Below the pieces are notes generated by a model, which saw only the letters and a program-made list of their open reading frames with translations, made no database searches and had not been told where the DNA came from. A stretch of DNA of 64,000 bases from assembly GCA_002269645.1 (NCBI GenBank), contig NIVC01003718.1, positions 1 to 64,000 of the forward strand. The letters are read 5' to 3'. Source of the DNA: Macrostomum lignano (Eukaryota). How positions within the stretch are numbered: the stretch's first letter is position 1; each line of letters starts with the position of its first letter. A program made the position numbers and the translations under genes. This document shows positions 52,971 to 64,000 of the stretch, one piece after another.

Positions 52971-54170
52971 CACTCTAGTAGCCCTATACTCATTTCTCTT
53001 TCCCTACTCCTTGAGTCCCCCCTTCGTCCGCCGCTATAGCTGGATGCTGATTGTCGGTCGAACTGTCATCTGTCTGTCCGTCTGTCTGTCTTTCTCTCTC
53101 TCCTTCCGTTTCTTGCAACTCGTCTGTGTCGCCGTGAGCGAGCGGACTGGCTAGCTACGAGTATATTTATAGAAATAGTTCGACTCTCATCTTTCGCTTT
53201 TCTCTTCGGTAGTGTTTTTTATTTATATAATTCAGCGGTTTTTCTATTAACTTCTGCACGCTCTATCGCATTATTGCGTAGCGGAGAGCGGCGCCGCTTG
53301 GACAAGCTGGTTTTAAAGCGCGGCTGTTGGGGTTGCTGGCTTTTGTTGGGGGGTTGGCTTTTGGAGCCTCGCGCTCAGACAGTTCAATGTACGTCTAGGA
53401 CCAATGTACATTTAAACTAAGTCGTCTAATGCAGGTTTCCCTCTGCTTGTTGGCTCGGTGTTGAGGTTGGTTGGAGCGCCAATGTACGTTGACGCGGACT
53501 GACCAGATAAACTATCATACGAGCGTAGAACTTATCGCATAAGAACTTGAATAACTGCGAGTGAAGCTAATTGTATTTTACTCGCCAGCAAGGGGCCCAC
53601 CGCCCAAGGAGGGTGGTCACGACTGGCATGCCATTGGCTGATACTGCGTGTGTAATTCTCTCCCTTCGACTGCAGATTGAGTGCAGTCTGTGCCAGGGAG
53701 TAGTAGTCGCAGACAGCTGAGAGCAGAGGGGGGCAGAGCTCTCTAGACCTCGACCTCGCAGTTGGCCAGCCAGTCTCACGCAGAGTTTTCTTTCTTTTCT
53801 CTCTTCCGAGCTGGCGCGTGTGCCGCCCCTCCCTCTATCTACTCTTCCTCTTTCTCCTGCCTCTCCTTGGCCCTCTTTCTCTGCCTCTGGCGTCAATTTT
53901 TTTTGCTTTTGCTTGGCACTGGCGTGTTGCCTTTTTTTCTAAACAGGCGCGAGCGCTCACGCACCCCAAAAAGAGAGACACAATAATTCTGGGTGACGAA
54001 CGAAGAAAACGAGTCGAGGTATAGGTGTCTCCAAAGTCGAAAAAAGTAATTAAGTCACGAAGAAAACGGACTCGGACTAGTAACGGCGAAAGTAGGATTA
54101 TAACGCGATCCGGAGTCTCCCCTAAATTCTAGAGCCAGACAGGCGAGGTCTTGCTAATACTTGTTCATCC

Positions 54171-55837
54171 ATGGAAGACGATCAGCCATGCGAGGAGGAG
54201 CTGAAGCTCGTCGCCGAGATTAAAGAGATGAAGGCTCGAATTCGCACCGCTCGCAAGGAGGCCGCCGATGCCGATTACGTGACGGAGACTGAGAACTTGC
54301 CGCCGCTGGGTCGGCTTAAGTTCAAAGTGCGCAAAGAACTTCACGGCCATTTGGCTAAGCTGACCGACCTTCACTGGGGCAAGAACTCCGACACCTTGGT
54401 CACTGCTGGCCAGGATGGTAAACTGTTTGTCTGGGACGTTTACAAGTGCATGAAGCAGAACGCTGTGTTCCTGAACACCGCCTGGGTCATGGCGGTCAGC
54501 TTCAGTCCGGACAACACCCGGGTAGCCAGCGGCGGCCTCGACAACATCCTGTCAATCCACAACCTGGAGGAGCCCGAAGGTGGCACGCCGATTGAGCTGT
54601 CTGGCCACGATGGCTACATCGCGTCTATTCGATTCACGGACGCCTCACACTGCGTCACGTCATCCGGTGACAAGTCCTGCGCGTTGTGGGACCTGCAGGT
54701 GACTATTCGCTAAATAACCAGTTCCAGTAGTACTTTAAAGAGCCATAAAAGCTGGGTATTACATATATATAGCATTGCATTAAAATACTTGAAAGTCGCC
54801 AATTTGCTAGCAAATTCTCATCACTTTGATGCCTCTTGTTCATTTGACTGGGAAACTTTCTTTTGACTACTGTATAATCTAACTATGATTAACTCGCCTG
54901 CATGGCAGGCTTCGAATCTGAACCCAATTGTTGGCTATGCGCTGAGCCAAATTAGGCTGGCTTCCAAATTGATTTGATTTTCTACAGAGTAGAGAGATCT
55001 TCTGTATTTTTGATCGATAGAAACTTAATTTTGGACTGAAGTTGAGTTGAGAATTTAAAATCAGTAAGACTCTCTATCGAGAGGGGCTTTCATCCAAAAT
55101 CTGACCTTATAGTTAGTGACTCGCCGTTTAGCTTGTGACTTATCTGCGTTTGAAAACTGATTGTCAGAGGCTACAAATTCTGGTTACATTGCCGCATAGA
55201 TGGCGCCACTGTACATGAACGGCTACTGTAACTAACAGACAAATATTTGCTCCGCCGTTATCTGCAAAGCATCTGCTGCAGTATTTTTGCAAAGCACTTG
55301 GCCACTCATCCTCATTAACAGGCGGGAAAGATTGTTCACCAATTCCTTGGCCACGAGAACGACGTGAACGCGCTGGCTTTAGCCAGCCACTCGCAGCATT
55401 TTGCCAGCGCCTCGAGCGACAAGACAGCCAAACTGTGGGACCTACGGGAGCAGCACTGCCGCGCCACCTACTGGGGCCACGAGCTCGACGTCAATGGCGT
55501 TGATTATTTCCCCCAGTGCGACTACGCGTTCGCCACTTCGTCGGACGATGGCAGCTGCCGCATGTGGGACATTCGAGCCGATCAGATGCTAGCCAACCTT
55601 GGCGACGACTTCATCCAGTGCGGCAGCACGTGCGTCGCTGTCTCGCGCAGCGGTCGCCTAGTGATGGCTGGCTACGACGACTACAACTGTCACGTGTGGG
55701 ACCTGCTGCTGGAGGAGCGAATCGGCATCATGCTCGGCCACGACAACCGCATCTCCTGCATCGGCGTCAGTCCCAATGGGATCGCGGTTGCCACAGGCGC
55801 CTGGGACAACAACAGCTTTATCTGGACGGCCAAGTAG
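54171..55837 (+). CDS. Heterotrimeric G-protein beta subunit (divergent, G-beta-1-like), 2 coding exons, 347 aa
   Basis: Exons 54171-54698 and 55322-55837 (phase 0). N-terminal coiled coil plus 7 WD40 repeats. Motifs GHLAK, QDGKL, GGLDN, SDDGSCRMWDIRADQ, GYDDYNCHVWD and GHDNRISCIG closely follow G-beta-1. Confidence 0.95.
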
Positions 55838-57099
55838 TTCTCTGACCATTGCGCGTTTGGCCTACTTCATTTTAATTTCCGTGTTTCACTTTCTTAATCA
55901 TATTTTGGTGTGGGGCAGCCTACTACGAGCTATTTGTATTAAAGCAGTTCACCCGACCCCGCTAAGCTTGTCAATCAAAAGCTCAGAAGCTCGGACCATA
56001 AGCTCGAATCGTTGTAACTCCGATCTCGGCGTATACTTTAAGCCGAAAACAGAAACCTGATGCATGCGGTTTAGGCGTACGAGTACTAATAAGTCACCAA
56101 CCAGAATCCTTCAATTTCAAAAAAGTGTAATATGCTGGCTAAAAGCAGTCATACACAACTCATCTCTTTCCATTTCACTGTGTCTTGTTGCTCATAAATC
56201 TTCTCAACCGATTGTTAAATCCATGTAATTTCCTAATGCAAATTATTGCACGTTTTTTCTATAAGAATATTGAGGTTCTTGAATGTTTCGATGTTGTTTT
56301 GTTATTTTCGTACATGTACGCCAGTAAAAATGTTCTGTGTAGTCAAATGACTCGCTAAACGACACTTTTATCGAAGTATAGCGTCCATCATTGCAGTTTT
56401 AGTCCCCCAAAAAACTATGAATTTTCCCTAACTGTTTACCATTCCGTCTCTAGAACAATTTTCAATACGAAACGTTTTTTTTTTCTCGTGGATCGAGTAC
56501 CTTTATCTTCGGATTGGAGTGTATCGACCTTGAACTCGTAATAGCTATAGTATTTATTTACTGTCATGAAGTTTTTTCTGACTTTGTTGCGTCTCGACAT
56601 TCGATATTTTTATGCTCGTTCGCGGAAGTCAGTTGGCTAATATATTTGTTTTTTCTGCTTTAACGGCCTAACACTCCAGTGTGCATATTTCTACTGTAAT
56701 ATCGATGTTTGCTCGAGTTATCGCACAAGAATTATCGTTCTGCACAAGCAGTTTATGAACAGTCAGTTAGCTATAGTTGAATTCCGGGGTATGGGAGATG
56801 TGAAGTTTGATGATTTATAGGCATCCATGATAGTTCCATCGCGTACCATCGTCCCTATCGTACACACTGGACCAAGCCAAAGAGCGCTATAAGAGTAGCA
56901 AAACTGCAGTCGCCTTCGCTATTTACACAACCATTTTTTTAACTGCCGACTCCTGTGAAATTGATCGAACAGGGTAACACTTTTTAAGCCATTTGCACTG
57001 CTTTTTTAGAACTCATTATTTCAGCCATGATATCGTTAACAGATTAAATATACATGGGAATGAGAACAAGCTCATTGTTGTCGGAGACAAGCTTTCGAC

Positions 57100-57311
<212 letters not shown>

Positions 57312-58029
57312 TGGCTAAAAAAGTAAGTATTTTTGTTCTCACATGCTAGCAATGAACAATTTAACACTTTGCACACAAAAATGACCCAAAGAAAAATATT
57401 AACTATCTTTGAAAGCGCTCTACAAGACGGATCGCATCAACTATACCTAAAACGAGCCCTTCCAGTCTTCAGTCTTCATCGCGCCCCCTGCTGCTGCCAT
57501 CGCTCTCGAGTTTCTACCTTTTCCGCTACAGTAGGCAGCTGTCTATATTATACATTTCGTACCCAGTCAATCAACCGTAAGTGACATTCGCAAGCTGGGT
57601 ATGCTGTGCGGAATTAATGCTTAAAAAACCCAATAACAGAAAAATGCTATGGAAACTTAGATAAGCATCACCTGGCCACATTCCTACTGCAACCTACTGC
57701 CGCGCCTATACACATGAATCCGCATATCCGACCAAAGAACATTGTTACAGGATCAATCAGAACCTCTTATAGCAGAAATGTAAGCCTATTAATGGACAAG
57801 CAAATATTCGTTAAAAACCGATCTAACAGGAGGGACAGGTCATTAACTAACCTTTTCGGATGGTCCTGCTTGTAACACCAATGTTATCCTTTCATTAGCA
57901 GAGCGCAGCCCGCGGTTCTGAAACTAACATTCGAACAGTATAAAAAGGATTTATAAATTTTCTGCTCCCGGGGCAGATTTCCGATTTAATGTTGTTTGCT
58001 AAATCCTACAACTATATTGGCTGACAGCC

Positions 58030-58260
58030 ATGACAAAGAAGCGACCGCAGAACGCGACTCGGGAGCGAGACCGACTTCGAACTCTGCAGCTGGCTTTCAA
58101 AGCGTTGCAGGCCGCACTTCCCAGCGTTCCGGGCGGTACGAAACTGTCTAAGCTGGACATCCTGCTGCTGGCCCGGACCTACATCTGCCACCTGTTGTAC
58201 GTGCTCGGTCGCATCGGGCGGGAGCAGTACATGCGGAGCCAGCTATGCCACAGTAGCAAG
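58030..58260 (+). CDS. bHLH transcription factor exon, TCF23/TCF24 (MyoR-related)-like
   Basis: [48 protein letters not shown] is a complete bHLH domain. The LP.VP..TKLSKLD.L.LA..YI.HL pattern fits the MyoR/TCF21/23/24 group. A likely donor lies at 58261 (AAG|GTGAGA); I did not find the downstream exon. Confidence 0.8.
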
Positions 58261-60239
58261 GTGAGAAATGAGAGCGAACTATATACCGTTTTGCGATCTA
58301 GCTTGCCTAAGGATAATGTTTATTAATAATCAATGCAGGAGTGGATGAGCTGAAGTAACAGTGAGCAATGAACACAGCATATGTACGCACAGAGCCCACA
58401 TTAGCGACTGAAGTGAAGAGAGAGGTCAGATGGTTGTCATTCAGTCAAAGATGTCAACCAGCTCTAGACACCTCTGGATGTACGCTTGAGTATAGTTCAC
58501 CTACTAAATGCACTTCTGCTGGGTGATGTCATTCATCGAGCTAGGCCCCTACCGAATAGTCCGATGAGATTCAAAATTCGAATCAAGGTCCACACTGGGC
58601 CATTCTTGCTCCTTCTATGTCATGTCTGTCTAAGTCTGTCTAAGTCTGTCTTTAGTGCTTGAGTGCTTGGTTTGCTATCTATGAGCAAACTAGGTCCCAG
58701 TTTTGGCAAAAATTGAATGCACTTTTCGGAGATTAGTCGTAGGTAGTAAAGAAGTGAAGAAGATAGTAGGAGCAGCCGACGGAAATAACGACATCAAACG
58801 TCGAAAACTTTACCTGTCTCTTTAGGTATAGTACTACCTGAGGCAGGTAGCCTATAGTACAACCTACCTGAACTTGCTTCTGTATACTTTCTCATGCTTT
58901 CCTGCCCTGCCCAGAGTTACGAGCGTAGTTCTTCGTCTCGTTAGATTTGATTGCATGCATTTCACTTGTACACTGAAACAGTGAGATGCATTCGCTAATG
59001 CACAGTTATTGTACCCTATTTAGGTGTTAATGGATATGAATGAATGATGGCTATCCAAAAATGAAGTTTTTCGATTATAAAAACACTGGCATACATAAAA
59101 AATTCCCCAAACCTTTGCAACAGCAAACTAAAAAGGTTATACTCGGTTTTCTTAGAAAGGAACTGGAGGTTCGTAAGGAACTTATCTAAGGCAGGCTCTG
59201 TTCCAACGAGGTAAAACACTGGCCTCAAATATTCTCCTTAATCATCATCATCATTGGGAAAACGTTCTAAGTCCACTGGAACCAAATCAGGTAAATAGCG
59301 CGGTTGAGCAAGAACTTCCCCATTCCAGGATTTCAGGAGTTCGTCTTCCTCTTTTCTGGCACAGTCCACAGGCGCGCTATTATCGCGAAAGGATTGTCCC
59401 TCTCTCCAGCAAACCCCTCATTTTATCTCCTACATTTTGGACAGGCCGTGTAGCATTTATCGAATAGGCGAATCCAATTGACACTCAAAACACGCGTATA
59501 GAAGTCTTGGACTCATTTTAGTCTTATTTGATGTCCTTATAGTGTCAGAGTGCTAATTAACCTGTATCCAAACTCAAATTTTAGAAGTGGCCCCTGAGAG
59601 AGCGTCTTTATCTCCTGGCTAGCAAGGGTACAGCTGACGAAGTTCCAGGACAGAGTTCTCGGACGAGTTCCAGTCAAAATGACAGCTGATTAAAACAAAT
59701 GATGATATTATATAAGCTATAATTAAAGTTGTCAAGAATTTTTTCTGAGTGAAAATTCTATTATTGTTATACACTTACAAATTATTCGTACATTTCTGTT
59801 GATAGTAGTATATGAGCTGCAAAATTCTTTGCGTGTGCTCCTAAAGTTGTGTTCTTATTCAGAAAACAAATGAATCGTTAAAATTAAACAACTGACCCAA
59901 ATTTCATGCAGCAACATCAATTTGTTGTCAAAATTCGTATTTGCGACTTTATTCTTTCTTTCTATTCCGAGTAGGTCATGCAGTAATTTGTCAGTTTTTG
60001 TTTCGACTAAATTAGTCCATGATCACCCTTTGTAGCACTACTATTCGAAAAAAACATACTTTTCAGCTGAGTAGTGCCATTTGAAGTTGCAGTAAAAGTG
60101 ACTCCAGCATTGAAGAGTTCTTTACTGGCTCTGTGTGTTCTGATACGTTCTTATCCGGTTTTATGTCTATGGTAGAAATACAACCCATCATGATCTTGGA
60201 AAGACAATCTTAGGGATTTAACTTGTTCATACCTCACTC

Positions 60240-63230
60240 TGAACGACGGATCCTCCGGGTGGCGCCGGGGACCGTGAGGTTCAACTGCATCGAGCCCCAG
60301 CCGTACCACAGGGCATGCTTCGGGTCGGGACGCTGAACTGCCGCACTCTCAAGGCTGCTTGGCGTAGAGGGGTGCTAGCGAAGCTGGCGTACGACCTGAG
60401 CTGCGACATCATCTCGCTGCAGGAGGTGTCTATCAAGGCCGACCCGGGACTTCATTGTGAGGACTTGGGCGCCGGGTGGACCCTCTACTATACTTCTGCG
60501 GACCAGCGAGGCCGTGGAGGAGTTGGAGCGCTGATCGGGCCGAGGCTGCAGCAGAGCTGTCGCTGCGTCTCCCTGTCCCCCCGGTTGCTTCGGATCGACG
60601 TCCGGCTACGCGGTCGGAATGCTCGCCTGTTCTGCGCGTACGCGCCCCCTGCCACACGCCCTGACGAGGCTCAAGAGTTTTTCGAGCAGCTCTCAGTGCA
60701 GGTAGAGGCGACGGCGCAGCGTGACACAGCGGTCGCCCTCGGAGACCTGAACGCAGTCCTGCGTAGGTCCGAGAGGTCGCTGTTCGTGACGCCACGCGGG
60801 AACAACAACACCGAGGCACTGGAGGACTTCCTGGAGAGGCAGGACATGGTGTCGGCCAACACCCGCTTCCGCAAGCCACTGAGCGGTCTCGCAACCTTCG
60901 TGGGCTGCAAGCGGAGGCGACGGAACGCGCGTGGCAGGAACGCAACCCGGAGACAAGCACAGCTCGACCACGTGCTCGTGCGTTTCCGTGAGCGTCGTCG
61001 CGCCGTCAACTGCCGCACCATCACGCCGCTGGCTCTGCGGTCCGATCACCGGCTCCTCATCTGCGACCTCAACCTTCGCGATCCGCTCTACCGTCCGCCG
61101 AAGCGGCCACCGCGGCGCTACTACCGCGCGCTCAGAGCCACCGATACGCAGCGTCGCTTTGCTAGCGCCTTTAACACCGCGCTGGGCGACAAGCGTGGAA
61201 GTGCCGAGTATGCGGAAGTGTGCGCTGCAGTCAGAACCGCCGCGGAGCAAGCAGTCCCGATGATGCAGCCGGCTCAACGTGGGCAGCCGGTCTGGCAGGA
61301 CGACCCCGCGATTCAGGCAGCGAGGGAAGATCTGGAGAAGCTCCGCTTGAGCAGGCGACCAACCCGCGAGGCAGAGGCAGCTCTGGCAGCTGTCTACCTG
61401 CAGCGCCAACAAGCGGCTGTCGATGACGCCATTCAGGCTGTCTCTGCCGCTGGGCCCGATGCCAGAGGGCGCGTGGCCTGGTCCGCCATCAACGCTCTGA
61501 CGGGACGAAAGCGGCGCAATCCGCTGAACCTGGCTGGTGACACGCCGGACGAGCGTAGGAACGAGCTGCGCGAGTTCTTCGCCGCCATCGTCAACGCGCC
61601 GCCACCCCCGCTGCCAGACAGTCTGACGCTGCCGCCGGAGACGCCGCTGCCGGCAGAGGAGAGTTTCAGCGTAGCCCCAGTCAACGCAGCCGACGTTGTC
61701 AAGCTCGCCCAGCAGTCACCGGGCGGGAAAGCGCTGGGTCCGGACGAGGTGCCCATCGAGGCGCTGCGCATCCCCTGTGTGGCCGCTGAGGTCGCCAGAG
61801 TGATGAACCGCGTGCTCTTCGGTGAGGCGGCGCCCAACGAATGGACCACGGCGCACATCGTCGCTGTTCCAAAGAAGCCGGGCACCACTAGGCTTGAAGA
61901 CCATCGAGGCATCTGCCTTCAGTCCTGTGCAGCGAAGCTGTTCAACCGGATGCTGCTTTCGCGGTTGCAGCCCGTGCTGGATCCGTACCTGCGCCCAGAG
62001 CAGAACGGGTTCCGGCCCCATCGCGGCACAGTGGCGCAGATCCTGGCTCTTCGCCGAGTCATCGAGGAGGCGCGGATTCGTCAGTCGATACTGATTTTAA
62101 TCTTTATTGATTTCAAGAAGGCATTCGACTCGGTTGTCAGAGCCGTGCTTCCAATGGTGCTCCGCGCGTACAACGTGCCTGAGCAGCTGATCTCCGCCGT
62201 CATGGCGATGTACCGTGATACGACAGCTGCTGTGACAACACCGGACGGCCTATCGGACTCCTTTGAGACATCCTCCGGAGTGCTTCAGGGAGATACGCTG
62301 GCGCCGTTTCTGTTCGTCCTGGTGCTTGACTGGGTGCTGCGGACTGCTCTTCCTACCGACGACGACGGTTTTCTGCTGCAGCGACGCGTGGGTCGACGTC
62401 AACCGGAGAAGCGGCTCAGCGTGCTTGGCTACGCCGACGACCTCGCCCTGCTGTCCTCGACCGTCGAGGGCGCCCAACGGCAGCTGGACAGGCTGGTTGC
62501 CGTTGCGGCGAGTGTCGGCCTGGTGGTCAACACGCAGAAGACCGTTGTGCTCTGCGTGCCGGACGACATCGAGGCTGCAATATTTTGCCGAGGCGCTGAC
62601 GGGCAGGCGACCGAACTCCCGCGATGTCAGCAGTTCGTCTACCTCGGCGGTCTGGTTCCAGACGCTCGCGAGGACCTGCGACGCCGCCGCGGGCTTGCCT
62701 GGGCTGCCTTTCGTTCTGTGAGGGCAGTCCTGCAGTCCGAGGCCCTACCGGACCGCCAGAGGACGGCGCTGTTCCAGGCGGTAATCGAGACCGTCCTGCT
62801 GTACAACGCCGAGACCTGGACGCTGACGGACTCACTCGAACAGCAAGTCGATGCGGCGCACGCTGGTCTGCTGCGCGCCGCCTTCAACATCGGCGTCGAG
62901 CGAGTCACCAACGCGGCACTCTATCGCCGCGCTGGCCTGCCACGTCCAAGTGATCTACTGCGCCGTCGGCGACTCCAGCTCGCAGGCCATCTCATCCGCG
63001 CCGAGTCGTACTGCCCACAGCCGGTGCAGGAGGTGCTGCTGCTCACGCTGCAGGCACCCTACCGGCGAGGTCAAGCGCGAACTCGGCGTTATGTCGACTG
63101 TCTGCTGGCTGACGCCGGCGCCCCGGACACTGCCGGTGGCGCGGCCTTTGTTCGCGCCCAAGCCATGAAGCGCGCCCTGTGACGCTGACTTTTACCATCA
63201 TGACAGCGTATTTTGTTGTTGTTGTTGTTG
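60240..63230 (+). mobile_element. Non-LTR retrotransposon, single ORF (APE endonuclease + reverse transcriptase), RTE-like
   Basis: Uninterrupted 955-aa ORF at 60315-63182. Endonuclease motifs GTLNCRTL, LQE, GDLNA, LDH and SDH; RT motifs QNGFR, FIDFKKAFDSV, GVLQGDTLAP, YADD and YLG. A (TTG)n tail lies at 63215-63230. GC-rich relative to the flanks; the 5' boundary is approximate. Confidence 0.95.
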
Positions 63231-63385
63231 AATGACATATATGACACCTAATCGTCTATGTAAAAATCCAAGTCTTCTTCTGAACTCTCTCTTCAAAAAC
63301 TTATTTACGGCTGTCAGTTAGCGATATTAACTTCAATTAATTAAATTTTATTCCATTGGATCTGCATAAATAAAAATAATCAAGC

Positions 63386-63935
63386 ATGACCGAAGGGACA
63401 AGCACTCAGCCAAAGACTGTGGTTGGTGTTGGCAATGACACGACAAGCTCCGATAGCAACGCCTCTCTCGGAAAGCAGCTCCACGTGACTGGATCAGAGT
63501 TTGTCAGCGCTCTGAAGGACGCGATGGTCGAGATCGATGCCAGCATGAAGCACCGCGAGGAGATCCAATCGATCGCTAGCTTCCTAGTCGCATTTCACAG
63601 TACAGACTCGACAGCTTTCCTCAGCGAAGACCAGCTCAGCCAGTTGACCTTCACTTTTCGAATCGAATCAGTTGAGCAAACTCAAAGCTGTCTGCTAAAA
63701 ATTTTTCGCTTTAGCTCGTCGAATGTTGCCCAGACTAAGCGTTATCGTTACTATCATTTGGTGCCTACTGAGGCCTTTGTCTCGTACTTATGCAGTCGAA
63801 CCTACTACCGGCAGATGAGTGCGTATTCTACTGAATCGACGCCATTCAAATTTCCCATTCGGGAAAGCGGAACTACGAGTAAGAGCAAAGAATTCTGGTC
63901 TTCTATGAAGCATCAATTTGTCGCCGACGAGGAAG
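63386..63935 (+). CDS. Unidentified protein, first coding exon (frame open to the window end)
   Basis: ATG at 63386 with no stop through position 64000 (MTEGTSTQPKTVVGVG...EFWSSMKHQFVADEE). A probable donor GAAG|GTACG lies at 63936. It is missing from the ORF track because it has no stop. No family recognised. Confidence 0.6.
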
Positions 63936-64000
63936 GTACGCTCGTACACGTAAATACTACTTCAAGTATGATTTTCGAAAGTCGAATTCGGAATTTTATT

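Noticed and set aside
58540-58620. PMRFKI segment as the missing second bHLH exon
   Set aside because: No in-phase acceptor was found and the similarity to the KWPMRSR motif is too weak.
60220-60315. HDV-like or hammerhead ribozyme in the retrotransposon 5' UTR
   Set aside because: A GC-rich hairpin is present (60246-60275), but I could not build the HDV double pseudoknot. The CUGA-like word lacks a matching GAAA.
60150-63260. Target-site duplication for the retrotransposon
   Set aside because: No convincing direct repeat was found. The shared ccatcatga (about 60186 and 63195) lies inside the 3' UTR, before the tail.

Overview
This is eukaryotic (metazoan) genomic DNA with spliced GT-AG genes, GC-rich exons and AT-rich introns packed with minisatellites. 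A free-living flatworm such as Macrostomum is my inference from this style and from a flatworm-type neuropeptide; it is not proven. Genes reconstructed by hand, left to right: a 4-exon C2H2 zinc-finger gene (+), calreticulin (+), an intronless nAChR-like Cys-loop channel with a 1-nt frameshift (-), a 10-exon short kettin/titin-like Ig protein with a Q/PEVK-like tail (-), a 3-exon neuropeptide precursor (+), a PA-TM-RING E3 ligase of the RNF13/RNF167 family (+), a divergent G-protein beta subunit (+), a TCF23/24-like bHLH exon (+), an intact RTE-like non-LTR retrotransposon (+) and an unidentified ORF at the right edge. There is also a long inverted-repeat (foldback) element, an 847-N assembly gap, an 11-bp telomere-like array and about 20 tandem arrays. 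The most unexpected signal is a pair of ~65-nt elements in two introns of the RNF13-like gene. Both are antisense to the conserved 28S rRNA helix 69-71 region (the R2/I-PpoI target site), with conserved arms and a diverged 17-nt centre. Other notable points are CpG deserts upstream of two genes, a six-fold amplified splice donor and a channel lacking canonical acetylcholine-binding residues. Exon coordinates were read by eye, no database searches were run, and family comparisons rest on recalled consensus sequences.
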